A DNA stretch of 62,641 bases, the filler included, from Platydemus manokwari (lineage: Eukaryota): NCBI GenBank assembly GCA_037951405.1. It is 6 parts of 6 records of this genome, joined end to end, with 100 filler letters (N's around TTAATTAATTAA, not from the genome) between each part and the next. Parts side by side here need not be neighbours in the genome. Positions count along the whole stretch, not along the records: positions 41,002 to 50,885 come from JBBMOY011192766.1; positions 50,986 to 62,641 come from JBBMOY010543329.1; 4 more parts are not named here. One strand, given 5' to 3'. How positions within the stretch are numbered: position 1 is the first letter of the stretch; each line of letters starts with the position of its first letter. Below the pieces are notes generated by a model, which saw nothing but the letters and a program-made list of their open reading frames with translations, ran no database searches and was not told the origin of the DNA. Of this stretch, positions 41,280 to 55,070 are shown piece after piece. Position numbers and translations under genes: made by a program.

Positions 41280-42240
41280 CAGATAAATCTCGAACCCACA
41301 ATTTAATAATATCTTGATAAATTTATATGAATTTACTGTCCTTACCAAGTGACTATTTGATATCATATCATATAATCTCTCACAATTATTAATGCTATTA
41401 TTATATTTAACTAATAGCTTTATAACTAATATCATAATAATTTAGCTTCAAATAATAACTCTAATTAATACGATTTCTCTGTCAGTAGCCTCAAAGTAAT
41501 ATTTTAAGACTTCATATTGTTTGTTGAACAAAATCACCGTTAATATATTCGCCATGATCGCATTATTTGTCACAATTTCATACTGCATTCTGTGGGTTTA
41601 TAATTTTCCAAAATCCTTTTGTTATGCATTTTAAGATATATAATACAATCCACTTACATCTATCGTTAAAATCATCACAAATGGCCATTAATATTGGATG
41701 GCATGCGGTATCTTAAATTGTCATATTTTATCTTATAAACATAATGATCAACATCCAACATGACATGACACATTGAATAATAACAGTAGGAATAGTTTGC
41801 ATTTGATCATATTTCCCAATACCAGTAAAGCCCATGAATGACTGTAAATTATTATCGATTATTTTCTTCATTGGTGATGTGTAAATAATTAATCGATTCA
41901 TATTTTTTTTCTCCGATATTGTACACATTTTGTGAGAATAAAAACAAAACAACACTATGACTGATATATCATAGCTTTCCTTACCTCCTGTCCATCATAG
42001 CCCGTTGTAAGAAACAATGAATATAATTGATCTAAATGAAACAACAATACCAACAATAGCTTTTATATCATTCATTTCATCGAAACAGTGCATGGAAATA
42101 GTATTTTTTGAATAAAAAAAACAACATATAATATTTGCATTAGGGATATTAGATTCACATTTCTTCTATTATATTTGGTTGAAAGGTCTTTGTTTAATCT
42201 TGGTTTCAATGGCATTTGTGATATCATATTTCATTGATGT
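41280..42240 (-). pseudogene. Possible decayed cyclic-nucleotide-gated channel (CNGB-like) pore/C-linker segment
   Basis: Ordered fragments GYDGQE|gt, GFTGIGKYDQMQTIPTVIIQ, RMQYEIVTN..NILTVILFN and TDREIV resemble CNGB YDGVG, [34 protein letters not shown] and CDRQMI. Contains stops and frameshifts. Confidence 0.35.
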
Positions 42241-42913
42241 GATATAAATGTGTCACATAAATATTTGACCAATAATCATCAATTTGTTCATTAAAACAAA
42301 AACATATACACATATATATATGTGTGAGGAAATAAATAATTTTATATTATTACAAACGGGGAAAAATTCCGTTTCAATAAATAATAAATTAATGTTTATT
42401 TTCTGTAGTTTCTTTTTCCAATATTTTCCGTCTGCTGTTGCTTAGCAATGGATCTCGTTTTTATTTTTATATAATGGCCTAGTAGAGTTATTTTAATTTC
42501 CTCAAGACCTCAAATATGCTCGTATTATTTAGTTTGTTTTTTTGAATTGAATATGAAATTGAATTAATTAATCGGTCTCGGTGGAATGAAATTAATATCT
42601 TCTCAGTAAAATGGACAAAAATAAAGGAAACAAAGATAATTTGCTTGATTATGGTTGTTCTTGAAAACAGAACGATCGAATAATTGAAACAGTAAATTTA
42701 ATTGTATTGTGAATACCTAAATCATATGAAATCGATCTATTAATATAATTCTATTAATGAGAAAGGAAAACCATTATTAATCGTTGTGTTACTTATGTCA
42801 AATCGATGAGAGATTTATTTAAATTATTAACTAAAAGTCTTTTTTTCAAAAATATAATCTAATATTTAAAATAGTTAATAAAAAATTATTATTTATAATT
42901 TTATTATGATGAA

Positions 42914-43162
42914 TGTTAGCCGCTACTATTTTAAAAACCACATATTAAGAACGAACTGAAAAATCAAGACACCAACAATTGGATAAAGTTAAAAAAGAAT
43001 CCTAAAATGAAATTTTAAATTTGATGAGTTTATTGCATCAATCTAAATAGTTTATTTAATTATATTATTTATAAACATTTTGAATTTTTTATTTAAGTAC
43101 TTAAGAAGAATTTTAGTTGTTTGAAATCAAATCATAAATACGCTAAATCTTCAAAATCTCAT
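42914..43162 (-). mobile_element. Solo/truncated LTR of the TRIM-like family
   Basis: TGTTAGCCGCTACTATTTTAAAAACCACATATTAAGAACGAACTGAAAAATCAAGACACCA matches the other LTR copies. The distal boundary is uncertain. Confidence 0.65.
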
Positions 43163-46100
43163 AAAATTTGATTATTTGAACAAAGGATCAAAGTATGTCG
43201 AATTGCAATTTATTGAAAATTAGCCATGACCCCTTTTAACATTTTCAACTTCTAAAATTATGCTATAAAAATAACCAATGATATTATTAAACATATTTGT
43301 AATTAACTAACTCTATTTATAATTATAAAAATTTAAATTTACAAGCTTAAATAATCATATATAATCGTTGTAATTAGAATGGGAACTTGGCTTTAAAACT
43401 ATGTTTAGTCACTATTAGGCATCTTTGAAAATGAGATATTAACTGAATTAATCAATTAATCGCAATTATATATAAAATTAACCTATAAATTATCTGATGA
43501 GCGACAATTCATTATAACGTAAGTAGGTCAAAAGACCCTTTTTCTTAACTTAAGCCCCAAAATCTATTTGACTAAAAATGTTTAAACAAATAAATATGAT
43601 TTGATATAAAATTAGAATTAAAGTTGGATTAAAAATTTAATTCATTAAAAATATTTCACAATGAACTTTATCGATCGTTAATTAGTTTGATATGAAACAG
43701 TTCCAATATGAAATAGTTCCAATAATGCAATGAGGTTAAACACCCCTACTTTATAATGTAAATATCGATCTACATTGGACAAAATCGAATTTCATTTGTC
43801 AAATAATTGTTTAACTTAAATCAAAATAATGGGATTCAAAGGGGGAATAATATTTTTACAAAACAAGAAAAACATATAATCTAGAGGTTTATAGAAACTA
43901 AAAATAACTAAAAAGTGCCAGCATTTTCCTGTTAGCCAGCATTAACCAATATCTACGCTTTTACAGCAAATTATAAAGATTGTTTTAATTGTTTTTCTTC
44001 CATTTTTTATAATTGGTGAGGAATGCATTACCGAAGCGAGAGTAAATTACTTATTTGATTATAGGTGGAATATTTAAAAGGATAAGAATTTACAACACAT
44101 TTCAAATAGGATATAAGTTCTACGAGAATAACAATGGCATTGCATTTCACCAGCATTGTGTGAATCATTAGATTAGTTCTTCAAATTTGAATTTCTATAG
44201 AGTAGGATATTATAATTAATATTTATATAATAATATTATTATATCCTATTTTCAATAGTTCAGGGCTTATCATATATAAATTAAAATAATCGAAATTTTG
44301 ACCGTTTTTAAAAGGCTTGTCTGGTGCTTGAACCGGGGTTAGAATTAAAACAATACCAAACTAGAATGATTTAATTCATTACCGGATTCTATGTTTATCG
44401 TTTCGATAATGTCTCAATTTTCCCTGAGTATATTTTATAAATTTTGGTTTAAGTTCAATGAAATATGAAATGCAACATCAAATGATATCACAATCTGAGC
44501 ATTAATGCCATTATAATCAATAATTTAATAACTAATTATAGCCAATACATGAATTGGTTTACATAACATAGGATTGTGCCTTTTACTCGCGAAAATGGGA
44601 CAAAAATTATTACATTTATGATAAGAAACCGTTTTATGAATTTGTTATCTCTGCATAAGTCATATTGTGACTGGGTCTCCTTGTTTGGGATTGATAATTT
44701 ATTGTTTTTGGTAATAAGCAAAATTGTATCTCCTGCAGTAAGATAAAGTTTATTTCGAATACAACATTTTTATAACTACGTGTAACCGATTACAGCACAA
44801 ACCTGTAAGTTTAAAATGCTCCTAAAAGAATGAACGTATCTAACAACAAATATTGGTGAATGTCCACCACATGACCACTAGAAATAAAACTGAGTCAGTG
44901 CCTTTTTGCACATAGCGAATAACCTTTGCGCACATAAAATCACTCAATCTATGATGTATTAATTATCGAGCTGTAAGTGTGTTTGAATTCAATTGAGGAA
45001 TTTCTAATTAGTTGTCGTCAGTATGTGTTTCATCTTTATTGATAAACATGCCCAGATAACCATGTTTCTATATTTCCTGATGTTTGACAGCATTAAATCC
45101 TAATTCTTTTTTGTTGATAATTGTATGTGAATTATTAAATGAAAGGAGATTGAAAGGACGCAAATTGTTCATGTTTTGTTTTAATTAACTCGAAAGTTTA
45201 GCAATTGTTATTAATATTATTATCATGGGAATCATAGATATTATTGCCAGTCTATGGGTGTGCTTCTTATACTTAACTAAGTTACTTAGTGATTGATAGT
45301 TCTTGATCCAATTATAGTTGACTCCATGATCAAGAACACTTATTATTATTAAGAATGTATTAAAACAAAATTTATATTAAAAATTTATATTCCAAGAATT
45401 TTCTCTTTGATTAAAAATAGCACAAATATTTTAATCGATAACTATTTTTCAGTCACTTTAAAATTTTATATATAAATTGGAATCATACGGCTAAAATTGG
45501 GGAGATATGTAGAGATTAAATAACTTAAATAACACCGGTAGTTGTACGTTTAATTTGTATTTTTTTTCGATTGAAGATTCGGAATGAAAACAATTTAGAA
45601 TATCTGTAAAGTTTAACGATTAAAATTTTAAAATTTCTAAAAGAGAAATATTTTGTTCCGGGAGACTCATAATCAATTTATTCATGCTTCAGGTGATATA
45701 GGTGGTCTGGAACAGATGAGAATTATAAATTGCTCTTCTATCTCTTAACGTATAGCACGTGTTTTATTAATAACTCTTCTAAAATCTTTTGAATTTAATT
45801 TTAATAATTATATTTCAGTTCATCTAGTCTGGTTCTGCTACACATTGGTTGTTTTATGTGAAGTTTATAAAGCGTTCATAGCCTTTATAATAATCCTAAA
45901 TAATCTAAGGACGATTTGATATTAGTTCAACCAATTGGTTTTAATGAGTCACTCAACTTGAAGATAATAATGTTTTCCTGATCACCCTTAATGTTAATAC
46001 TATATTCGATTTGTGAAAAGTGAAACCCATTGCCTTCCTATCCGTGTGAATTATAATAAGGGAGACTTGCCGTATATTGATACTGATCAGTTCAAGTGGT

Positions 46101-46303
46101 TCGACCATATAACTTCAGTGATGAACACTATAAATAGCTCAAAAAAAGATTTAAGCTGGCTTTTGGTATGTGATAGTATGTTGGCATTCATGAATTCTAC
46201 GAACTGAAGAGGATTGATTAAGTTAAGAAACGACAAAAGACCGAACATGCCAAAAACAATTACAAATTAAAAATAAACGAATCGGAAAGAAAACAAATAT
46301 TAA

Positions 46304-46374
46304 CACGTTGACGGACACTTGCGTCTGTAACCGTCAATTTCGAACTTCATTTGTTCCTACTGTCCGTCAATGTA
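46304..46374. mobile_element. 71-bp piggyBac-type miniature element
   Basis: TTAA|CACGTTGACGGACA ... TGTCCGTCAATGTA|TTAA: 14-bp TIR with 2 mismatches, TTAA on both sides. Confidence 0.7.
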
Positions 46375-47192
46375 TTAAAAGTAAGAATGCATTAACTGAA
46401 GAGATATTCTTTTGTTTAAACAGAATATATAAATCATGGATTACTTTTTGAAGCGAAATTTATTGATTCAGTCTCTCCGAAATCCGAACCAGTCACTTAT
46501 GTATCGGTGGGAAATGTGAAAATAGATAGAAATAGAATTAATATTTTTGTGGCCTCAAGGATTTCTTTCGAATCCTTTAAAAAAGATGTATTATAACATA
46601 GATTACTACAGCTAGAATGATGATAAACAATATTTAATATAAACACTGACAATGAGAACAGCTATGTATATCACGATAGTTATGCTACCGTTGGGAATTT
46701 GGAGTTAAATTTCTCCAATAAATATCCATCACAATATTCTGATTTCATAATTCTAGGAGATTAATATTATTTGCTAATGCCTTTTTCAATATCAATTTCG
46801 TAATTATAGTAAAAATATTTAAAATATGATTTATCATTTTGGGAGAATTTTCCTGACATCTCATCTGACATTAGTTTTGAAAATTATTGATTTTAATCAT
46901 GAAAATTCTTCAACAAAATTAAATTTATTGCACGAACTTTAATTTGAGATAACCGGATAAGTAAATTATGGGTATTGGAACAATTTGGGAAGGATAATTA
47001 TTTTTTTTTAATAAAATATATGATAAAATAAATTATTAACTGTTTCCAATAATTAATTTTTATGACAGCAACAAACCAGAAAAGATCGTAAAATTATGAT
47101 AAATAAATATTTTAATGGTGAATGGATTATTTACGTTTGAGTTTGCTTGTTATGGAGTTTGAGATGATTCGATTGGGAACTCACTAGAAAAA

Positions 47193-48225
47193 TGTAAGCC
47201 GCTACTATTTTATGAAATTAATATTGAAAAATAACTGAAAAGTCACGATACCAAATTATATTTTCATTACCAACGATTTAAACAAATTAATATTTAATAA
47301 AAAGGGTAGATTTAAATTTTCAATTTATTATAACTTCTCACATTTCCTTTACTTTAGAATCTTTGATTTTTTCTAAATTATTAATTATCTCTAGATGAAA
47401 TTCTCTATATTCAAATTTCTATTTCTTCTCTACTTTATATAATCTCCCTATCTTCTTTATATCGTTACTTTTTTTTCTTCACATATTCTGTTGGGTAGAT
47501 CACAAATCAATCAAAAGAGTCATAAGAACCAAAGAAATACCCTAAAAGTGTCAATACACAGAAACCCGATAAACACACGTGCCGTTAACCAATCAGATCC
47601 ATTCTAATGTTAATCCATATTCGGAAGCTAAGAATCGACAAGCACATATGTACAAACGGTAGCAAGGTTTAATATCCGCCAATGGCACTATAAATATAAG
47701 GAAAATCTCAAGTAAATCAATCCAAAAACAAACGAAGATCCGTGACATCAAGCAGTCACACCCGACAGGACTATAAAATAGGTTGATTTCCATGGATTCC
47801 TGCATGTGTTTTTTGGTTAGTAACCTCAGTGCTTAGCTTATGTGTGATTTCAGTAATCAGTCTTTTTGATTACTCTTCATTCTGTCTTTGACTTTTGGGT
47901 GTTGTTCCCATCTTGAATGATTTTCTTTTTGAATTGCGTAGAGATTTGCAATTGTTATTATTGTGACTTTGAGTTTAATATTTAGTGAATTCAGATTTTC
48001 AGATTTAAATTGTTGTTTGATAACGCAACAATTCTATACAACTTTGCTATATCTTCATTCTCTTCTCTTTACCTTCATGACACAGACATTTTCAGAATTG
48101 AATCCAAATGCATGGTCGCCATTAAGCCGCTACTATTTTACGAGATCACCTAGAAAAAGAACTAAAAAGTCACAACATTAAATAATATTTTTATTAAAAA
48201 TTCAAATTTAATATAAATCCTCACA
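47193..48225 (-). mobile_element. TRIM-like mini LTR element, copy 2 (5' LTR 48225-48122, PBS 48121-48113, PPT ~47356-47343, 3' LTR 47342-47193)
   Basis: TG...CA LTRs share AAGCCGCTACTATTTTA and AAAAGTCAC. The minus-strand PBS TGGCGACCA directly follows the LTR. AAAA flanks both ends. Confidence 0.8.
47489..47912 (+). mobile_element. Candidate solo LTR nested inside TRIM copy 2
   Basis: Starts TGTTGGG and ends TTGGGTGTTGTTCCCA. Contains CCAAT and TATAAA boxes and is absent from the other TRIM copies. Confidence 0.5.
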
Positions 48226-48429
48226 AAAATCTTGAGTTATTTATAAATGTATGACGTTGGGTCTGCATAAAGATGATCTCTGTGCTTGATGATCTCAAAC
48301 TAGTCGTCTTGTTGGGGAGGGGGCTCGAAATTACTTTAAAATTCTACGATTTACAGTGTACAGATTAAATTTACAATAAAAATTAAGTGTTGTACAAATC
48401 AACAAATAATCTAATAGTGGTTTCAACGG

Positions 48430-49640
48430 TGAATCTTTCTTTATCGCAAACTTTGACAAAATAGTTTATAAACCGACATTAATGTGCTATATTAGATAAG
48501 CTTTAACTATGATAACCATGGAAACATTTAAACAAAAGAATTATCTCAGAACGTATATGAAAATATGATCATTCCGATAGATACATACAATTGTTTCAAT
48601 TCCCAGATCTTTCCTTCTCGAGACAATTCTAATTACATACCACACGTATTTCCATACATTAAAATACGATTAACAATTATGAGGGCATGCTAATTGAACC
48701 ATGTTCGGTGAACTGTGTAAGTCTAGACGCACATTCATAATTTGAACAATCGCACGTTAACACCGTAATGTACTCCTAATTACAATAGGTAGTCAGAAAA
48801 TATCTTACAATAACAGACTGGCAACTTAATTTCTGGTATACTGATTACTTATGCAGACACAATAGCCCAAGCACTCATAAGCAGACGATTTTCAATTCAG
48901 AGAAATAACTCCATAAGAAATTATAATTTTCACTGACAAAACAACAATTCATTACCAGTAAAAATTATTGTATCGAATGGCAAATACGATTTTATTATCG
49001 CATTAATAATTCAATTGCCTATCTATTTGCCCCTATGACACCATCACCGAATAGTTATTATTTATTTTACTTACTCGCAATATTTGTTGTATATCGATAA
49101 ACATTTAATTAAATAATAGTCTCGTTTTGTCGGAACATAGTTTGGAGTTATTAAACCAGTTTTAGCAGCTTGGTAAAATCTCTTCAAGACATTACAACAA
49201 CACCGCAGCTCTAAAATTGTGTTGCATTAAACCTATTAAATATTCTTATTGTTCGTGTTTGTTTCATCAAAAGAACAAAGCTTGAATTTGTTTTCGTTTA
49301 TTACCTATTGATCATAGCAACATTTACAACTCATCAATTACAAGCAACGGATTTTCTGTTGTAATGCCGAGATTCATGGATGGATTTATTAGTTTTAGAA
49401 CACATAATTAATTAACGTTCTCAATTCAACGCATGAAAAATAAATATAATCAATAATTAGTTACCAGATTCACAACTCTCAACATCATATTAACACACCC
49501 AATATTTCGATGTCCTTTACACCCATCATATCGGATTTGAAATCGACTTATTCATTTCACAATTCTCTCACTGATGTATTCGAACTCAGAGCCGGTTTCA
49601 TTAACTTCACTCTCACGCCTGGGTTTGTTTACAAAACCAT
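48430..49640 (-). mobile_element. Decayed Sola1-like DNA transposase relic
   Basis: Fragments LHK/VISIPEIKLPVCYCKIFSDY (cf. DLQKVL..P.....YYKR.L..YN), HGSISMPS*L (cf. RGSNEIxSCL) and LEK (cf. FLEKGHT) appear in order. Confidence 0.35.
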
Positions 49641-50885
49641 AACGTATCGAACAATATATATTTTCATATTCTATTACTTGAAATCTGGCATTTTTCTACT
49701 CTTGTTTAATTAAAAGTAATTAAAATAAACTAAAAAAAAGGAGTTTCCGTTTTATCTCGTTAAACTAGTGGAGCATGAGCCGCGAATAACTGTTGTGAAA
49801 CATTGAAATTATGAATTCATGTGACTGCAATTATTATAATTCACCTCGTTACACGAGCAAAAATTACAATTAAATTACAACAGTTTAGTAACTTAACACT
49901 CAACTTAAGTTGAAAGAAAATGTAAACACAAAAACCAAATTAATTAATACAAATGCTTTTACTTTAGAACTCATTGTGAACTGCCCGTGGCTTTTTGTTT
50001 CGCTTTGACATACAGCGACTTCAGGTGCATGATAAGATTAGTTGATTAATAGTTTAAATTGTGATTTCTCTTATTGTTTTAGCAAAACAATCACCGACAG
50101 CTTTATCACCACAGTGTAACTTGGGCAAGCTTAGCTTTTAATAATATAAGGTAATACTGTTCAGTTCCCGATGTGGCTCTAATTTATATCTGACTAGGCT
50201 TCGAACTATCGGTTGCATACTAAGTGAAAACACTTTAATGCTTCTGTTTACAAATCTAATTGCCTAATAATAATGAACAATATGATAGAAATAATCAATT
50301 CAAAGCATAACCTGTTTTGGCTGATGCTACTCTCTTTTAGAGTAAACGGTTCCTTAAAAAAATATTTTTTACTATACAAAAAGTTTCTTGTATTTCATAA
50401 TAGTGTTATTGTGAGATCTTGGTGACCCCAAAAAAAATAAATATTACTCACCATATTGAATCAAAACTATTTGCAACAAGTTAATGAGAATGTTGATACG
50501 ACAAGTAATCAATCACCTATGATAATAAGATAATCAGTTAATAACATTAGCTATAAAATACTTAACTATAGTAGTCAAGGTAATTGTGAACAGAAGTAGT
50601 TTAATCAGCATCACAAACTGTTTATTTAACAGCATCATAAAACTCGATTTTTCACATGTAATGGTTTTTACACTTACCATAATTCGGTTACCAGTTTAAA
50701 AATGATTACTGACCTTGGGGGGTTGTCGAGTCATGTCAAATCTATCGCTGATTCCAGAAGGAAAGAACCTATACAAAAACATAAAATATTAAATCGATGA
50801 GGGAATTTCCTACCGCCTCATGAAGAACATTGTTTATGTGTTATAAATATTATAATTATTTTTAGAACCACTGATATTGGGTCTA

Positions 50886-50985
50886 NNNNNNNNNNNNNNN
50901 NNNNNNNNNNNNNNNNNNNNNNNNNNNNNTTAATTAATTAANNNNNNNNNNNNNNNNNNNNNNNNNNNNNNNNNNNNNNNNNNNN
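50886..50985. other. Artificial contig spacer
   Basis: N44-TTAATTAATTAA-N44. Confidence 0.98.
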
Positions 50986-51414
50986 ATTCAATTTATCGTG
51001 AATACAACAGCTTGGTCACAAACTGTAGATGTTAAGCACATTGCCCTGATGAAGAACGGGAATAACCGTGCTGGGATTATTATTGGAGAAGGAACATCGA
51101 AAGCCATTCAGGTTTTGGGACAACCCGATTCGATCACGGATTATTATGCAGAAATGGATGAGCAGACATGGAAAGTATATCATTACGGACGTAATAGGAT
51201 CTGCTTTTCAAACGGCAAACTATGTGTTTACCACATACTGGATCAAGGAATTATGGTGGGTACTGTCAATGGGAAAGCGTTTAAAATAGGCGATGGAATA
51301 CGGTTTTCCGATCATAATTTTAATCTTAGCCCCCATTATGTTCCTAATAGTGGGTCTACCTCATTTAACCTGAAAGATGGTACGATTGAATTAGACATGT
51401 TTATTTATTTATGA
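50986..51414 (+). CDS. 5'-truncated bacterial-like (Bacteroidetes-type) secreted hypothetical protein fragment
   Basis: Open from the contig edge, intronless, and visibly richer in GC and CpG than the flank. It has a signal-peptide-like end TAWS|Q and the motif LGQPDSITDYYAEMDE..KVYHYG. Confidence 0.55.
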   Translation: MQFIVNTTAWSQTVDVKHIALMKNGNNRAGIIIGEGTSKAIQVLGQPDSITDYYAEMDEQTWKVYHYGRNRICFSNGKLCVYHILDQGIMVGTVNGKAFKIGDGIRFSDHNFNLSPHYVPNSGSTSFNLKDGTIELDMFIYL

Positions 51415-54400
51415 TCATGACTAATATGGGCAATAATTGGAACTCGTTGAAAATATTTCAATTTGTTTAAAAATGTTTAAATTTAAATAATAAACCTTTC
51501 TTAAAACTTCTCAAGGAGCAATTCTCATGAGTTTTAAAATTCAGATTAGATAGCCTCCGAATAATATGACGGCCACGTACGTGGATGCGATATTGAACAT
51601 GTGATTTTGTTATCATTTTTGATAACAGTTATTACTACACTATTGATAACAGTAATGAATTGGATTCTACTAATCGAATATTTGTTACTTAACTTATTAA
51701 TCATATTGATATTTATTTTAATAATTGTTGATTATTAACTTTTATATTTGATTATCGATTGTTAAATTGTTAAATATTATCAATTTAAGTTATTGATATC
51801 ATAATTAAATATTAATTATTAACCATTATATTTAGCTAAGCATTGACTATTTGAATAATAATTATTTGATGAAGTCGTTAATTATGATAGTTGATTGAGT
51901 TTTAATATAAAGATGAACAAGCCAAACTGAATACTAGATTAAAAAATTCGTTTATATATTGAACCGTGAATACATTTAGCAAGGAAAATATCAGTCGAGG
52001 ATACACAACGAAGTTTGAGAGATTAATAACAATAAGTAAATTTTAAGCTAGATACAATCAATTAGAAGAAAGTGAGTCAGGATATAAGCAACTCTATAAT
52101 CACTCCAGTTTGTAGCATAGAGACGACGATGAAAATGGATTTTTATAAAAATTAGTGACTTAAAATCCTTTGATAAAATATCCTCATACATAGATTCAAG
52201 GACTTGAAGTAATTACTAGATGGAAAAGCTCTTGCAGGAGTATATTATATCAAGGTTATTTTGCTTTCTCAAATTTCATCGAGAGCCTATAAACCAACGA
52301 GTGAAATTTTCGATAAATTAATTCAAAGAAGAGTGGTCATGCAAAGATCCTTTTCAAATTCGATTTCTTCTCATTTTCAAGAAATAACAAGTTTTTATTG
52401 GGAATTTGTGCTTGAAAACGAGAAAAAAAGACAGCAGCAACAAATAAAGACGAAAATAAAAAAAAAAAAATGAAATTATATAAAAACGAACGAAGTAACA
52501 ATTAAAAAAATAAAATAAATTCACATTCCATCGTATTTTATAGTTGTTATGGAAAATACGCACCGATGAAATAAAATTTATTTCACATTTTATACATACT
52601 CTCATTAAGATATACAAACATATTTTTCAATGTAAATTAATTGTTAGCCAGAACCCCAACAAGTGTATAACTGAATTTTATGTTATATTTTTATAATTAT
52701 GTAGGAATGTTATATTATTTTATTTTCTAATAAAGATGAAATAATTTAAATAAATGGGATAATTTTAAACATAAATTAGAATTGGATTTGTCTGCAGAAA
52801 AATCATAAAAAAATTAAAGCAAAAAATATATCACACAATAAAAAATGTCCGCAATCATTTTTCTTCAGGAAGACTAAATAAACTTAAAAAAATATATGTC
52901 AAATTTAACTGAAATAATTGTAATTATACATAATTTTCTTCTCTAAAATTCAAAACGGCCGTCAGAATATATACCCTTCTTTATTTGAAACCACTAGAAT
53001 ATTTCGTGAATACGTGTCCTGCACATTTCGACGACAGCTTTTAACTCTTTTAATGTAACACCAGGTAATTATTGTTTCATACTTGAACTTTTATCCAGAG
53101 TTCATATTCATATCAACCGATAAAATGCTAAAGAGAGTACAGATCTAAAGCATTTTTGTTTCTAAATGATAGTCAAAATTGTTATTGTTGTATTCATAAT
53201 GAACTTAATAAAATATCTCATTCGAAACGAGTTCAATTCCGTGTACATAAGGTTATTATTTGTAGCGTTCTTTCAATAATTGTTGATAAATTTAAATATA
53301 CTATTGGTTTTTATACTCTACTTAGATGAAAGTGTTGTTTGTTATGTTTGGTTTTACATAGACTTTGTAAACAAGATAACTTTAGTTTTGGAGGAATAAA
53401 TTTTATATTATCACCAATTTTGAGATTTCAGTACTTTTTAAAAAATTTATACTAGACAACGACACTATAGGAATAGGTCTATCACACAAAGAAGATCAAG
53501 AAAATAAAAGTTTAATCGCATACAAAGCCCGTGGAATGAACAAATGAGAGAAAGCATATTGCATCACTTGAAAATAATCACTGGGCATATACTATTTCTG
53601 TCTACATTTCGATCATTATCTGTATGATTAAAGAATCACACTTAGAATGGATCACAAAGCAATTAGATCAGTAGTAAAACAATTGAAATATATAGTACGA
53701 CATATTCAGATGTGGATGAATAAAGTTAATATATATTTGGACATAAACATGATATTTATAAAGGATTACTTAAATACAAATATGTTTTCCAGAAACACTA
53801 TGTCACATATGGACAATAGTAGCAGGCAATACCAGTATTTGACGCCATAACCTACATTCAAAAAAATAAAAAATAAGTAGTAAAAAAAGTTCACCTCAAT
53901 GAACTCTTAGAATATAGCTAATGATCTTTGAAGGCAAGGAACAAAAATTGTTTTTACATGTTTTTTGAATACGCCCCCACAACACAACATATAAAATAAC
54001 CCAGTGTACACAGAGTTCATATATTTTGTCTTAATTAAACAACTCATCTTGTTTATTGATTGTTAAAACATAATAATAGAATTAAAATATAATCATTATT
54101 TTAAAATATAATATCAAAAAGATAATAATCAAAAATCTCATGATTCAAGGCGCACCCATAAAAATTTGAAATACAATTTTATGAATTCTATTTTAATGTA
54201 TTTTTATTTTATAAAATTTAATGCTCTGCTTTTATAAATAATATTAATTTTGTTGTTGGTTTTGCTAAAATCCTGGAAGTCATAAGGAATCATATAAATT
54301 TCGAATGTCTGCCATGCTACGGTGTGTAGGTTCTGCATGAGTTGAAAGCCATTTAGAGTCAAGAAAAAATTCATGTAAACTAAATTAGAAAATCAATATT

Positions 54401-54589
54401 TCATAGCAAGATCGTTTTAATAATATCGATAATTAATCGCAAATACATTTGATAAACAGAAAGTACGGAATTGTGAATTGTGCTAAACGAAAGGTATACA
54501 CCGGACGGACTAAAGAGATTAATTTCCCAGGGAAGAATTTGGTGCAGATTATTATTGATGTTTCGTACTTTGGGGAATTTTTGTTTCTC

Positions 54590-55070
54590 GATTTGAATTC
54601 CACATCATCATCGACATTGAAATTGTTATGAGATGATTGTTTTAATGTGATGATAGATGCTGGATCGATAAATGTTTCCAGGAAATATTTCGTATTAATT
54701 CCATCAATCTTATGAACATCGGTTTCAAGCAAATATTCCAATTGTTGAGTCTCTTCTACAGAAATTGTCTAAAATACAAACTTGTAGATGAAAGCAAATA
54801 TAGAAGTGACAAATGATGGAGAAACCTTGATAACTTCGAGACATTGATATCCATTGAGAATCAATACATTATTGATTTTGAAATATTTACAATCATTATA
54901 TCGATCACACCCTTTTTGAATTTTGGATATTTAGAATATGATCGATATTGGATGGATTCTGGATCAATCAAACATGTATTGGTTTTAAACTTGAATTCTC
55001 CTTTAAACTTCTCCACAGCATCGATTTTCAAAAGAATTACTCTATCATGGTGATTGAAAACATGTTCTGT
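54590..55070 (-). pseudogene. Partial duplicate of two exons (with intron) of the CAP-Gly/ANK/RING gene (cf. 61508-62000)
   Basis: Long near-identical stretches (LEYLLETDVHKIDGINTKYFLETFIDPASIIT; FKGEFKFKTNTCLIDP). Frameshifted by a small deletion and diverges after VEFKS. Confidence 0.88.

Noticed and set aside
44500-45100. Coding-like minus-strand relic (ISSGHVVD)
   Set aside because: Too degraded to assign to a transposase family.
48084-48121. PAM2-like SELNPNA in ORF 47963-48181
   Set aside because: Lacks EFxP, runs into the TRIM PBS on the antisense strand, and is probably chance.
53480-54010. Possible degraded rhodopsin-type GPCR (LLLSICDIVFL)
   Set aside because: Hydrophobic translations are expected in AT-rich DNA, and no second diagnostic motif was found.
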